Translations under genes and position numbers: made by a program | Assembly: GCA_963796915.1 (NCBI GenBank) | Contig: CAWCNI010000004.1 | Coordinates: forward strand, 2,894,821 to 2,958,820 | DNA: 64,000 bases | DNA from: Vicinamibacteria bacterium | Lineage (GTDB): Bacteria > Acidobacteriota > Vicinamibacteria > Vicinamibacterales > JAENWD01 | Direction of reading: 5' to 3' | Notes under the pieces: model-generated | Seen by the model: only the letters and a program-made list of their open reading frames with translations | Told to the model about the DNA's origin: nothing | Databases searched by the model: none | Shown: one piece after another, positions 1-11,069 of the stretch | How positions within the stretch are numbered: the first letter of the stretch is position 1 | Layout of the letters: every line of letters begins with the position of its first letter

Positions 1-1125
1 CCACATGAAGGCAAACGTCGGGACCACTGCCAGCGGCAGCGTCACCGCCGCGATCATGGTGAGGCGCCAGTCGCGGAGAAAGACAAGCAGGACGACGATG
101 GCCAGGAAGCCGCCAATCAGGATGGCGTCGCGTACACTGGCGATCGACTCCTGGACGAACTCGGCAAGGTCGTACACCAGGTTGACGCGGATCCCCGCGG
201 GCAGGACCTTTGCCAGGCGGCCCAGCAAGCCGTCGAGCCCGGCCTTGAGGTCGAGGATGTTGGCGCCGATCTGCTGCGCGATGGTCATCACCACCGCGTC
301 GCGCCCATTGCCGGTCACCAGCAGCGTCCGATCCGGGGCGCCGCGCGTCACAGCGCCGACATCAGAGACGCGAATCACAGTGCCGTTTTTGACGTGAACC
401 GGAGACTGCGCGATCTGATCGACGCTGTGCCAGAGCGTCGACGCGAGGGTCAGGTGCTGCTGGCCCGACTCCTCGAATCGTCCGACCGGCACGATGGTGT
501 TCTGGATTTTCAACGCGTCAGCAACGTCCACCACTGTCAGTTCTGCCGCGGCGAGCTTGGCCGGGTCCAGAATGACCTCGATTTCCCTGGTGTCGGTGGC
601 CTGCACCTCAATCATCCCGGCCCCGGGCAGGCGCGCCATCTCCGGCTTCACGACGAAGCTGGCGTAGTCGTAGAGGTCAGGCACCGCCAGCGGCCCGGTG
701 AAGCTCAAGATGAAGACCGGGAAGATCTCCGGCGTCATGCGCTCGATCTGCAGTTCGGTGCCGGCGGGCAGGTCGCCGGTGATCTCGGCGATCCGGTTCT
801 GCGCCATCTGCAGCGCGACCACCATGTCGGTCGTCGGATCGAACTGCGCCGAGATCTCCGCGGCGCCCCTGATGCTCTTCGATCGGACCCGGCGGACACC
901 GGGCACGGCCATGATGACCTGCTCGATCGGGCGGGTCACGATGAGCGACATCGACTGCGGCGGCAACGTCCCGGCGTGCGCCACGATGACGATGCGGGGG
1001 AATTGCAGGGGAGGATAGATGCCGCTCGGCAACACGAAGGCGGCCATCACCCCGCCCACCACCAACGCTGCCGCCAGCAGTCCGATGAGTCGCGAATGTC
1101 GCAACGCCAGCGCCGCGACGTTCAC
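1..1125 (-). CDS. RND efflux transporter permease (CusA/CzcA/AcrB family), N-terminal part, runs off the window
   Basis: GTG at 1125 overlaps the MFP stop. Reads MNVAALALRHSRLIG...YPPLQFPRIVI...VTRPIEQ...YDLAEFVQESIASVRDAILIGGFLAIVVLLVFLRDWR, the typical RND N-terminus and TM2/3. Open to base 1. Confidence 0.9.
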   Translation of the reverse strand, partial: MNVAALALRHSRLIGLLAAALVVGGVMAAFVLPSGIYPPLQFPRIVIVAHAGTLPPQSMSLIVTRPIEQVIMAVPGVRRVRSKSIRGAAEISAQFDPTTDMVVALQMAQNRIAEITGDLPAGTELQIERMTPEIFPVFILSFTGPLAVPDLYDYASFVVKPEMARLPGAGMIEVQATDTREIEVILDPAKLAAAELTVVDVADALKIQNTIVPVGRFEESGQQHLTLASTLWHSVDQIAQSPVHVKNGTVIRVSDVGAVTRGAPDRTLLVTGNGRDAVVMTIAQQIGANILDLKAGLDGLLGRLAKVLPAGIRVNLVYDLAEFVQESIASVRDAILIGGFLAIVVLLVFLRDWRLTMIAAVTLPLAVVPTFAFMW

Positions 1126-2264
1126 TTGGCGTCGTCCTCGCCGCCGCTGGCCGGTGCGGCCTTGTCCTTGCCGGCATCGGCTGCGATGGCAACCGGCGCG
1201 CCGTCGGGCAAGCCGGCCTGACCATCGACGATCACGATCTCGCCGGCCTTGAGCCCGGAGACGATTTCCACGGCGGCGCCGTTGGTGAGCCCGGTCTGGA
1301 CTTCCCGCCGCTGGGCCTTGCCGGCGTTCACGATGAACACGGCTACGTCCTCGCCCTCGCGGACAATCGCCGCAACGGGAATGACGATGACGTTCTCGTG
1401 TTCGTCGGTGTCGATCTCGACGAGCACCGGTGACCCGGCGGGGATATTGGTCGGCGCAGAGAGCGCGAGCCGAACCGGGACGGTGGCAGTGCCAGCCTCG
1501 ACGGCGGCCGGGCGCGAGATCACCTTGAGGCCGATTTCCGGAGTCGCCTGGTCAGCAGGCACACGCGCCGCTGCCCCGATTCGAACGCGGGGCGCATCAG
1601 CGAGCGGCACGTTGGCAAGGACCTCGAATCGCCGCGGATCGATGACCCGGAGGACCGTATCCCCCGCCGCCGCGACGAGATCGCCGGGGTTGTGCAGGCG
1701 TGCGGCGACCAGGCCGTCAAAGGTGGCACGCACCGTGGATCGCTCGGCCAGGGTGCGAGACGACGCCAACGACGCTCGCGCCTGCTCGACGGCCGCCTCG
1801 GCGTCGGCCAGGGTCCGGTTGGCGTCTTCGATGTCCTTGCGAGCGGCAACACCTCGCTCGACCAGTTCAGTGGACCGCTTCAGGGTGACCTTGGCGTTGG
1901 CGAGGCTGACCTCGGCACGCGTGACCTCGGCCTGCTGGCGCTGGACGTCAGCGGCCACCGTAGGAATTTCGAAGCGCACCAGCACGTCGCCACGCCGCAC
2001 GCGATCCCCTATGGCAAAGCCGACCGCCGCAATGCGCGCGGGCTCGGGCGCCGTGATCACGAGGTCCGCGCCGGGTGCGGGATTCACCGTCCCCGTCGCG
2101 CGAACCACGCCGCGGATCTGACCGAGCGCCGCAGGCTGGGCCTTCACGGAGACGGCGGCTTCGCTGTCGACCTCCTCGGGAGCCGTACCACGGCAGCCGG
2201 GCAGCATCGTGAACACGGCAGACAGCACGGCCGCGACGAGGGCGTGGCGGGGCGTGGAGGTCAT
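1122..2264 (-). CDS. RND efflux membrane-fusion (periplasmic adaptor) lipoprotein
   Basis: Lipobox-like LPGC, GDRVRRGDVL lipoyl motif, alpha-hairpin, IPVAAI and VEIVSGLKAGE motifs. Confidence 0.92.
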   Translation of the reverse strand: MTSTPRHALVAAVLSAVFTMLPGCRGTAPEEVDSEAAVSVKAQPAALGQIRGVVRATGTVNPAPGADLVITAPEPARIAAVGFAIGDRVRRGDVLVRFEIPTVAADVQRQQAEVTRAEVSLANAKVTLKRSTELVERGVAARKDIEDANRTLADAEAAVEQARASLASSRTLAERSTVRATFDGLVAARLHNPGDLVAAAGDTVLRVIDPRRFEVLANVPLADAPRVRIGAAARVPADQATPEIGLKVISRPAAVEAGTATVPVRLALSAPTNIPAGSPVLVEIDTDEHENVIVIPVAAIVREGEDVAVFIVNAGKAQRREVQTGLTNGAAVEIVSGLKAGEIVIVDGQAGLPDGAPVAIAADAGKDKAAPASGGEDDAK

Positions 2265-3508
2265 GGCAGTGATGTCCCGATGGCTCGTTCGAGATCGGCG
2301 AGGGCGGCCTGAAACTGCGACACGGCGTCGAGCGATCGGAGCCGCGCGTCCCGGGATGCCTGCAGCGCCTGCAGCAGGGCGGCGATGCCCGTCTGGCCAA
2401 GCTGGTAGGAGTCCTGGGCCAACTGCTCCACCTGCTGCGCCTGCGGCAGGATGACGTCCCGATAGCGCGCGTACGCCTGGCGCTGGGTCTCCGCGATGGC
2501 AGCCGCGGCCGTGACGTCGCCGTCGATGCGGAGTTGGGCGGCTTGCCGTTGTGCGGTGAGAAGGGCCAACGTAGTCTCCTCGACCAGCACGCCCGCCTTG
2601 TGCGTCGTGAACACCGGCAGCGTGACCGTGACGCCTGCCCGCCAGCCGTAGGTGAACTCCGGCTCGGCGTCGTGGGTGAGCGTGGCCGTCGGCACGATGT
2701 CGGGGACACGAAGAGCTCGGGCAAGATCGACCTTCGCGCGCTGCTCCTCGATGCGCCGATCGAGGACGACCAGCTCCGCGCTGGCACCATGCGCACGATC
2801 AAGAAGCGCCGCGGTGGTCACCGGGCCTCCCTGGTCGATCGCCGTTGACAGCAGTGGCCGCGTGTCGAGGGAAAAGCCGAGCAGGGCGTTGAGGCGCGAC
2901 TGCGCCGCGACGACGGCACCCTCCGCAGAGGCTGCGTCGTTCTGTGCGGCGCTCAAGGCGAGCTCGGCCTGCATCGTCTCCAGCCTCGGCGCATCGCCAC
3001 TTTCGAATCGTGCCTGCGCCGAGTCGCGTGCCCGCTGCGAGAGGTCACGCAGCTCTCGAAAAATCTCCAGGCGTGCTTCGGCAATCACTCCTTCGAAATA
3101 GGCGCGCCGCACGTCGTTGCGAACCTGGGTGATGGTCGCCGCGAGCTCGGCGTCGCCAGCGCGAATAGCCGCCTGACTGACAGCGAGACGCTTGCCGCGC
3201 TTGCCGCCGAGCTCCACGGGCAGCGCGAACCCGAACGCCTGCTTCGGTGCTTCCTTTTCGAACTCGACAGTGGCCTCCGGGTTCGGACGCTCCCCGGCAA
3301 CCTCCAGCGCGGCCGCGTTCACGGCACCCGCCAGACGGGCCGCGGCAATGGTGGGATTGGCCGCCAGCGCGCGGTCGATCGCCGCCTCGAGGGTGAGCGG
3401 GCTCGTGGGCGCGGACTGCGCGGACAAGGGCAGCGGCTTGAGCCCCAGCGCGAGCAAGGCGGCGAGGGCGCATCGGACCAGCCGTCCCGTTGAGGCAGAC
3501 CACTCCAT
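2261..3508 (-). CDS. TolC/CzcC family outer-membrane efflux protein
   Basis: LTLEAAIDRALAANP, ELGGKRGKR and YQLGQTGIAALLQA motifs; first gene of the RND operon. Start placed at ATG 3508 (ORF track extends to 3574). Confidence 0.9.
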   Translation of the reverse strand: MEWSASTGRLVRCALAALLALGLKPLPLSAQSAPTSPLTLEAAIDRALAANPTIAAARLAGAVNAAALEVAGERPNPEATVEFEKEAPKQAFGFALPVELGGKRGKRLAVSQAAIRAGDAELAATITQVRNDVRRAYFEGVIAEARLEIFRELRDLSQRARDSAQARFESGDAPRLETMQAELALSAAQNDAASAEGAVVAAQSRLNALLGFSLDTRPLLSTAIDQGGPVTTAALLDRAHGASAELVVLDRRIEEQRAKVDLARALRVPDIVPTATLTHDAEPEFTYGWRAGVTVTLPVFTTHKAGVLVEETTLALLTAQRQAAQLRIDGDVTAAAAIAETQRQAYARYRDVILPQAQQVEQLAQDSYQLGQTGIAALLQALQASRDARLRSLDAVSQFQAALADLERAIGTSLP

Positions 3509-3534
3509 TCGTCCTGAATGATGAGGGCCGGCGC

Positions 3535-3550
3535 ATGACCTCACGATGAC
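3535..3550 (-). promoter_or_regulatory. Putative OmpR-family regulator box (GTCAT direct repeat, 11-bp period)
   Basis: ATGAC-CTCACG-ATGAC on + (GTCAT-N6-GTCAT on -), between tolC and the divergent response regulator. Confidence 0.45.
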
Positions 3551-3622
3551 TTCAGCCCGGCCCCAGAGAGCCATCCGTGACGGCTCAGCGGGGCCGGACT
3601 ATCATGTCGTCGATATCTGGCG

Positions 3623-4306
3623 ATGCGTCTGCTTGTGGTCGAAGACGAACCCGATGCGGCACACGTGCTGGCGAGGGGCCTGCGCGAACAGTCCTATGCC
3701 GTTGACGTAGTCACCAACGGAGAGGCGGCCCTGTTTCAGGCCGGCACCAACGACTACGACGGCATCATCCTGGACGTGATGTTGCCTGTCGTCGGCGGCA
3801 TCAGCGTCTGCCGGACGATCCGGAAGTCCGGGAGCATCGTGCCGATCCTGATGCTGACGGCGCGCGACGCCGTCGAGGCGCGCGTCGAAGGCCTCGACGC
3901 CGGCGCTGACGACTACCTCGTCAAGCCGTACGACTTCCGCGAGCTCACGGCGCGGCTGCGCGCGCTGATCCGGCGAGGCCATCAGCCGGTGCTTGCCGAG
4001 CGCCTGGTGGTCGGCGTCCTGACCATCGACACGCGAAGCCGCCTGGTGAGAGTTCGCGATCAGGACGTGCTGCTGAGAGCCAAGGAATACGCCCTCCTGG
4101 AGTACCTGGCCAGGCGAGTCGGTGACGTGGTCAGCCGCAGCGACATCGCCGAGCACGTCTGGGATGAGCACTACGACCCGTTCTCAAACGTCGTCGATGT
4201 CTACGTGAAGCGGCTCCGCCAGAAACTCGACCTGCCGGGTCAGACGTCGATGATCCGGACACGTCGCGGCGAAGGCTACCAGTTCGTGGACGCCGGCGAG
4301 CCGTGA
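3623..4306 (+). CDS. OmpR-family response regulator (CusR/CopR-like)
   Basis: LVVEDE, ILDVMLP, GLDAGADDYLVKP and C-terminal IRTRRGEGY winged helix. Confidence 0.95.
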   Translation: MRLLVVEDEPDAAHVLARGLREQSYAVDVVTNGEAALFQAGTNDYDGIILDVMLPVVGGISVCRTIRKSGSIVPILMLTARDAVEARVEGLDAGADDYLVKPYDFRELTARLRALIRRGHQPVLAERLVVGVLTIDTRSRLVRVRDQDVLLRAKEYALLEYLARRVGDVVSRSDIAEHVWDEHYDPFSNVVDVYVKRLRQKLDLPGQTSMIRTRRGEGYQFVDAGEP

Positions 4307-5730
4307 CCACCCTGTCGCTGCGATCGCGGCTCACCATCTGGTGTGTGCTCGTGGTGATCGCCGTCCTGGCGATCTTTGCGGTCGACGTGCTCGTCAGCCA
4401 GAACCGGATTGGCCTGCGGCGCCTCGATGGCGAGCTCGATGCCACGCGCCTGCAGTTGACGCACGTGCTGCGCGAGGAATTACGCGAGCTCGATCCGCCG
4501 AAGCTCGCGGCAGAAGAGTCGCGCGATGCCATCGCGTCGGCGAGCCGTCCGGTGGCGATCCTGGACAGCGACGATCAGGTGCTCGCCAGCAGCTTTCGCC
4601 CGGCGGATCTCGCAGTTGTCCTTCCAGCCGCGCGCGCGGGAGCCGGGGTTCGAACGGTCACGACGTCCAGCGGTGAATGGCGCGTCCAGGTTCGGCGTGA
4701 GACGCTGGGCGAACGCCACTGGTCGATCGTCGTTGCCAGCCCGATGACTGACCTGGCCCGCGACAAGCAGGAGTTGCGCGAGGCCATCTGGCTGGGCATC
4801 CCCGTGGCTCTGGTCCTCTCAGCCGTCGGCGGGCTCTGGCTGGCGTCGGTGGGTTTGCGGCCGATCACCACCATGGCCCGGCGGGCGATCAGCCTGCCCC
4901 CGACTGGCGTCGACGACCTCGGCCCGCCAGTGCGTGACGACGAGCTCGGGCAGCTGACGCAGGCATTCAACGCGCTGGTCGCCCGGCTGCGGTCGGCGGT
5001 GTCCACACAACAGCAATTCATGGCGGACGCGTCACACGAGCTCCGCACTCCAGTCTCGGTCATCCGGACGGCGTCTGAGGTCGCACTCAGCCGCGACCAT
5101 CGTGAGGAGTCGGACTATCGCGAGGCTCTGGCGATCACCGGCGCCCAGGCCCGCCATCTGGGCATTCTCGTCGACGACATGCTGGTGCTCGCTCGCGCCG
5201 ACGCCGGCGCGTACCCGCTCAGGCTCACCGAGTTCTTTCTGGATGATGTGGTGGATGAGTGCTCACGGGCAGTCGGCGTCCTGGCTGAAGACCGATCAGT
5301 CACGGTGAGGTCAACAGGCGCCTCTGACGTGCCGATCCGCGCGGATCAGGAGCTGATGCGCCGATTGCTGGTCAACCTTCAGCAGAACGCCGTGCAGCAC
5401 ACGCCGCCGGGCGGCACGGTTTCCGTCGACGTCGGCGTCACGGGAGCGGATGTCTGCATCCGCGTCGCCGACACCGGCAGCGGGATCCCTGCCGCCGACC
5501 TCGAACGGGCTTTCGATCGCTTCGTGCAGCTGGATCCGTCGCGCCGGTCCGACGGGGCGGGGCTCGGCCTGACCATCGCACAGTGGATTGCCAAGGCTCA
5601 CGGTGGCTCGCTGACGGTCGAGTCCAGTAGCCCGAGCGGGACGACGTTTCGGGTCGCCCTGCCGGGCGCCGCCAGGCTGTTGGCATCGACGTTTCCCGAG
5701 GTCATCGACGATTCATCGTCCCATCCGTAG
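4303..5730 (+). CDS. Sensor histidine kinase (HAMP-HisKA-HATPase, CusS-like)
   Basis: Two TM segments, DELGQL HAMP, ADASHELRTP H-box, DTGSGI and GAGLGL boxes. Confidence 0.95.
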   Translation: MTTLSLRSRLTIWCVLVVIAVLAIFAVDVLVSQNRIGLRRLDGELDATRLQLTHVLREELRELDPPKLAAEESRDAIASASRPVAILDSDDQVLASSFRPADLAVVLPAARAGAGVRTVTTSSGEWRVQVRRETLGERHWSIVVASPMTDLARDKQELREAIWLGIPVALVLSAVGGLWLASVGLRPITTMARRAISLPPTGVDDLGPPVRDDELGQLTQAFNALVARLRSAVSTQQQFMADASHELRTPVSVIRTASEVALSRDHREESDYREALAITGAQARHLGILVDDMLVLARADAGAYPLRLTEFFLDDVVDECSRAVGVLAEDRSVTVRSTGASDVPIRADQELMRRLLVNLQQNAVQHTPPGGTVSVDVGVTGADVCIRVADTGSGIPAADLERAFDRFVQLDPSRRSDGAGLGLTIAQWIAKAHGGSLTVESSSPSGTTFRVALPGAARLLASTFPEVIDDSSSHP

Positions 5731-5767
5731 GATCCGGCCGTCCATTGCGGGCGCAGGAGGGATCCGG

Positions 5768-6487
5768 GTGAGGCTCGTCGATCACATGACTCAGTCGGGA
5801 CGGGTCCTGTTCCGAGGGCGAAGTTTCATCCCGCTCGTCCTGGTGCCGCTTCTCATCATTCCATTCCGGATGTCGCGCACTGGCGAACTGCCGCTCGCCT
5901 GGGAGTTACTGGCCGGCGGTGTCGCGATCAGCGGCGAGGTACTGCGCTTTCTCGTCGCCGGACGAGTCGCCCCGGGCACGTCCGAACGATCGACGACGTC
6001 GGCACGTGCCGAGTCCCTGAGCACGACTGGCGCGTATTCCCTGGTCCGCCACCCGCTCTATGTGGCCAACACTCTGACGATGGTGGGGCTCTCGCTGTTT
6101 CCAGGGCTCTGGTACCTGCCGGTGATCGTGATCATTGCCAGTGTCCTGTACTACGAACGCATCGCGATTCATGAGGAGTCATTTCTGGAAAGCCGCTTCG
6201 GCGAGGACTTTCGGCGGTGGTCGAGGCGAGTCCCGGCCGTCGTGCCGCGGATCAGCCGGTACGTGCCCACTACGCAGAAGTTCAGTTGGCGGCAGGCGCT
6301 CGAACGCGAGTTCAACGGCATCCTGGCCATCGCCGTGTCGTTGTTCGTCCTCGACCTCGTCGATGACTCCCCGAACATCCGGACCCTTCGGGTCAACGCC
6401 GTCTGGACGGCGATGCTGGTCGGCGCATCAGTGACGTTTGTGGCGATGGTCGTACGCAAGCGCATCGCCAGGCGCCGACTCGCCTGA
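5768..6487 (+). CDS. Isoprenylcysteine carboxylmethyltransferase-family membrane methyltransferase (LmtA/PEMT-like)
   Basis: LSTTGAYSLVRHPLY and EESFLESRFGEDFRRW motifs; multiple TM helices. Confidence 0.75.
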   Translation: MRLVDHMTQSGRVLFRGRSFIPLVLVPLLIIPFRMSRTGELPLAWELLAGGVAISGEVLRFLVAGRVAPGTSERSTTSARAESLSTTGAYSLVRHPLYVANTLTMVGLSLFPGLWYLPVIVIIASVLYYERIAIHEESFLESRFGEDFRRWSRRVPAVVPRISRYVPTTQKFSWRQALEREFNGILAIAVSLFVLDLVDDSPNIRTLRVNAVWTAMLVGASVTFVAMVVRKRIARRRLA

Positions 6488-6771
6488 GTGCGGGTCCGTC
6501 GAGCGGTGCCACGCCGCCGAGAGGGTCCGCCTGGTTGTTTGTGACACCCGCGCTTCGCCTTCGATGCTGCAGCTGGAGGCGGCACAAACAACATGAACGT
6601 TCCATTAACATCTCGCGGCTCAACGACACCACGGCATCAGCGCTCACGCAGGTGACGCGACAGGCGGAAACAGCGTGAACGTTACGCTGACGTCGCTCTG
6701 TTGACGCATCGCGATCACGCCGCAGGTCCACTCTGGCCATGTCGTCCTCTTTCTCCAACACGAGGAGTCTC

Positions 6772-9586
6772 ATGGCAAGAACACCGCGGCTGCAGTTCGT
6801 CCTGATCGTGCTCGTGCTATGTCTCTCAGTATCCGGAGTGGCGTACAGCCAGGCGGCCAGGGGCGAAATCGAAGGGCGCGTCACCGATTCGTCCGGTGCC
6901 GTCCTCCCCGGCGCCATCGTCAGCCTCGCGCCCGGCGGCATTCGAGCGGTCACCGACACACACGGCGGATACGCCCTGCCGGGAATGGCCCCGGGCGACT
7001 ACACGGAAACTGTCGCATTTCTCGGCTTCAAGACTTACACCACTGCGGTTCACGTCGAGGCCGGCCAGTCGGTTCACGTCGATCCGAAACTCGACGTGGC
7101 CGGACCGAGCGAGGCGATCCTGGTGACCGCCGGACGGTCACGTGGCGAAGCTGGCGAGATCAACCGCGAGCGCACCGCGGACAACATCGTCCAGGTGTTG
7201 TCGTCCGAGGTCATCACGAGCCTGCCGAATGCCAACATCGCCGATGCAGTCGGGCGGCTCCCGAGCGTCACGCTCGAGCGTGACGAAGGCGAAGGCAAGT
7301 ACGTCCAGATTCGCGGCACCGAGCCGCGGCTCAGCAACCTGACGATCGACGGCGTCAACGTGCCGTCTCCGGAGAGCGGCGTTCGCCAAATCAAGATGGA
7401 CACGATCGCCTCCGACCTCGTCGAGTCGGTCGAAATCAACAAGACGCTGCAGGCGAACATGGACGGAGACGGCATCGGCGGCAGCGTCAACATCCGCACG
7501 AAGACGGCTGCGGACCAACCCATGGCCATGGTGTCGGCGCTCGGCGGGTATACGCCGATCATCGGCGGCCGCGGCGTCAGCCAGTTCAATGGGACCGTCG
7601 GCCAGCGTTTCGGCGCCGACAAGCACCTGGGCGTGCTGGTCGGCGGCACGTACGACTGGAACGGACGGGGCATCAACGACATCGAGCCATCTCCGACGGT
7701 CTCGAGCCTGAGCCCGCACTACGACAGCATCGACCTGCGTGACTATCAGGTACTACCGCACGCGATGGGGCTTCACGGGCAGCACTGACTACAAGGTCAA
7801 CAACGGGACGGCGCTCGCACTCCGGGGCCTCTACTCGACGTTCAGGAACTGGGGCCAGAAGTGGGTCTATGGCCTGAACGACAACGACGTGCCCGGCGCG
7901 AGCATCGACTGGCGCCGCCCGGACTATGCGGTCGGGAACCTCGTCGGCAGCGGCCGTCACACATTCGGCGACAACTGGCTGAACTGGGATGCCTCCTTCG
8001 CCCGCTCGCGGATGCTGCAGTCGGGCGGCAACGGCGGGTCGAAGTTCAAGTGGAACAGCGACGACACCAACTGCTTCTACGATTCACAGGCGACCACGGA
8101 CCCCTACGTCCCGCAGTTCAGCGCCTCGTGCTACACGCCGGGCTCGACCGACGTCCAGGACGTCAACAACTATCGGCTCACCAACTGGTCGCCGGCGTCG
8201 GTCGGCGAGTCGGCGCAGCGAAACCTCCAGGCGGCAGCCTCCTTCGGCAAGGCGTACCACTGGGGCGATCGCTTCGGGACGCTCGAGTTCGGCGGCAAGT
8301 ATCGCGACGGCCACAAGTACGACAACTGGTACAGCACGACGTACAACGTGGCGAAGGGCGTGGTGATTCCGGTCGCGCAGTTCGCCGGGTCCTTCACGGA
8401 CCCGAACTACTACGAGGGCTCGTACCCGTGGCCCCTGCAGAGCGTCGACTACACGAAGGTGCAGCGCTACGTCGAGGGGCATCCGGCGCAGTTCGTGGTC
8501 GATGGCGGGCCGGGAGTCAACGAGGCGAACTTCGACCTCACGGAACGCGTCGGCGCCGGATACGTGATGAACACGATCGACCTGTCGTCGCGGGCGCGCC
8601 TCGTCGCGGGTCTGCGCGTTGAGTCAACGCACGTCCACACATTGAGCTTCAACGACAACACGGGCCTCATGGACTTCGTCGCGGGCGGCAACTACACCGA
8701 CGTCCTCCCGAGCGCCGCCGTCAAGTTCGCGGTCACGGAGGACACGGCGATTCGCGTGGTCTACAGCCGCGCGCTCTCGCGGCCGGATCCGCAGAACCTT
8801 GCGCAGGCCGTCGGCCCGATCGACGACACGCAGAATCCGCCGACCGTCAGCCTCGGCAATCCCAACCTGGTTGCCGAACACGCGCAGAACTTCGACGTGT
8901 TGCTCGAGAAGTACCTGAAGCCGCTCGGCATGATTTCGGCCGGCTATTTCTACAAGTACCTGACCGATCCGATTATCGCGACGGAAACACGGCCGACATC
9001 CGGCCCGTACGCCGGGTTCCTCGTGTCACAGCCGGGCAACGCTGGCACGGCCACCCTGCAGGGCTTCGAGATCGCCTATCAGCAGCACATGGCGTTCCTG
9101 CCCGGCGCGCTTCAGGGGTTCGGGCTCTCGGCGAACTACAGCTACACGACCTCCACCGCGCATGGGCTGCCGTTGCGTGCCGATTCGCCGACGCTTCTGC
9201 GTCAGGCGCCGAACACGTGGAACATCAGTCCCACGTACGATCGCCAGAAGTATTCGATACGGGCGGGTATCAGCTACAACGGCGCGAACGTCTTCGCCTA
9301 TCAGTACCAGAGCCTGAACAGCGATGGGACGCCGATCGACCCGGGCGATCTGTCGGCGGGTGGGGTGAAGGGTCCAGGCGGAGATATCTACCTCTATCCG
9401 CACCTCCAGTTCGACGTGCAGGGGACCGTGCACGTCGCGTCCACGGTGTCCATCGTGGCCTACGGGCTGAACCTCACCAACGAGGTCTTCGGCTTTTACA
9501 ACGGCAGCCCCGAGTACGTCCTGCAGCGCGAGTTCTACAAGCCGTCGTTCGCCGTCGGCGTCCAGTGGGATCCCGGTCGCCACTGA
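6772..9586 (+). CDS. TonB-dependent receptor with N-terminal carboxypeptidase-regulatory-like domain; +1 frameshift at about 7747-7750
   Basis: SD GAGGAG before ATG 6772, signal peptide, GRVTDSSGAVLPGA, plug NIADAVGRLPSV...ERDEGEGKYVQIRG. ORF 7739-9586 continues the barrel (GNPNLVAE, NLTNE). The two ORFs join if one base is removed at GAC TAT CAG G TAC. Confidence 0.9.
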
Positions 9587-9604
9587 CATCGAGAACCGGA
9601 TGGG

Positions 9605-10663
9605 CTACCTCGCCGGCGAGACAACGACGAGTGCAGGCAGCTTCACGCCGCCGCCGTGGGCCAGATAGACAGTCCCGTCGTTCGCGACGACGGCATTGCG
9701 GGCCCCGTTCTGCGTCGGCACTTGCGTGACCATCGTCAATGTGCCGCGGCTGTCCGCGCTGGCGACTGTCAACCTGGCCGCACGGGCCGCGCCGACGTAC
9801 AGAAGGTGTGTCGCAGAGTCGTAGTGGATGTCGTCGACGCCATCGCCGGTGTCCACCTTTGAGAGGACCGCGCCATCTCCGGCTACGTTCATCACCTCGG
9901 CGGCGGCGTCACAGCCGATGAACAAGTGGCCAGCCGCGACGTCCAGGCTCAGGCCGTGCGGACCACCGCCGCCACACGCGGGAAGCCACGTTGCAACGGT
10001 CTCGTGAGTCTTGAGATCGATGGCGATGGTGCGATCTTTGTCTTCGAGGTTCGTGTAGAAACGACCGCGTTTGGCATCCACTGCGAAACCTTCCGTGTCG
10101 CCAGGAAATGTGAGCTTCGCCTTTTGCACCAGAGTGGTCGCGTCCAGGATCCGAATGCCTTGTTCGCGGGGGGTGGTCACCCAGACTTCCCCGGTCGGTG
10201 CGACATAAGCGACGCCGTCCGGCCTCGAGTCGAGATGCTGACACGCCACACGCGCGAGCGTGCGGGAGTTGAACGCACACACGTCCGACCCGCCCCGATT
10301 GCCGACGTAGACGACGCCTTCGCCGATGCTGACACCGGACGGGCCCAGGACGCGCGTGCCGCCTCGAGTCTGGACCTCCGCGGTCGGGAGATTTTGAATC
10401 TGTCGAACCTTGCCGGTCGCGACGTCGACGACGTTCACGGCCCCCGTATTCCCGCCCGGCACCCACACGCTGCCGGTGGCCGGGTCGAAGGCGATGTAGT
10501 CCATGGAGACGTCGCCCGTGCCGTTGTCCGGCAGTGGCAGCGTCTGGACTGTGTAATGGGTCGGCGTCGCGTTCTGTGCGGCGGCCGCTGTGGTCAGGAT
10601 TCCACACGCGACTACGATGACGCCGCGGATGACCGACCGTTTGCGTGTTGCCCTACTCGCCAT
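9605..10663 (-). CDS. YncE-family secreted beta-propeller protein
   Basis: Signal peptide; MDYIAFDP, PDGVAY, PHGLSLD and TQNGARN repeats. Confidence 0.8.
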   Translation of the reverse strand: MASRATRKRSVIRGVIVVACGILTTAAAAQNATPTHYTVQTLPLPDNGTGDVSMDYIAFDPATGSVWVPGGNTGAVNVVDVATGKVRQIQNLPTAEVQTRGGTRVLGPSGVSIGEGVVYVGNRGGSDVCAFNSRTLARVACQHLDSRPDGVAYVAPTGEVWVTTPREQGIRILDATTLVQKAKLTFPGDTEGFAVDAKRGRFYTNLEDKDRTIAIDLKTHETVATWLPACGGGGPHGLSLDVAAGHLFIGCDAAAEVMNVAGDGAVLSKVDTGDGVDDIHYDSATHLLYVGAARAARLTVASADSRGTLTMVTQVPTQNGARNAVVANDGTVYLAHGGGVKLPALVVVSPAR

Positions 10664-10967
10664 CTGCTGCCTCCGTGAGCGTGCTGCCGACCGCCGGTTT
10701 CGTCAGGGCGGGTGGCCGTCATTCCGGTCCTGGAGCCTCTGACTTTCAGTCCCGATCTGAGTTTGCGGATCTTGCCACACGCACATGAATGAATGATGAC
10801 GTCGGGCGTCAAGACCCAGCCCCTGCGGAAACCGACAATAAGGTACAAAAAAGGCTACAGGTCTCCTCTGACAGCGATGGGCCGCGTCACCCAGCGCCGG
10901 GTCCTGAATGCGCGCAGACAACAGCATCAAGTTCCGATCAACGGGCGCCCCGACCCCACAGGTCGGC

Positions 10968-10983
10968 AGGCAGCGAACTTGCA
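10968..10983 (+). promoter_or_regulatory. Putative sigma54 (-24/-12) promoter
   Basis: AGGCAGCGAACTTGCA = GG-N10-GC with TTGCA; lies upstream of the ORF at 11070. Confidence 0.5.
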
Positions 10984-11069
10984 CAGCGTCTCAACGTGCA
11001 TCTCATGGGGAGAAGGCGCGGCCGCGCTGAGGCCGTCACCTTGTGCACGACCATCCAGGAGCGAAAAGA

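Noticed and set aside
6590-6706. Riboswitch or Pho/Fur box upstream of the TonB receptor
   Set aside because: Only a weak 11-bp-spaced TGAAC/TTAAC pair and one imperfect palindrome (6671-6689); no recognisable cobalamin or TPP riboswitch core.
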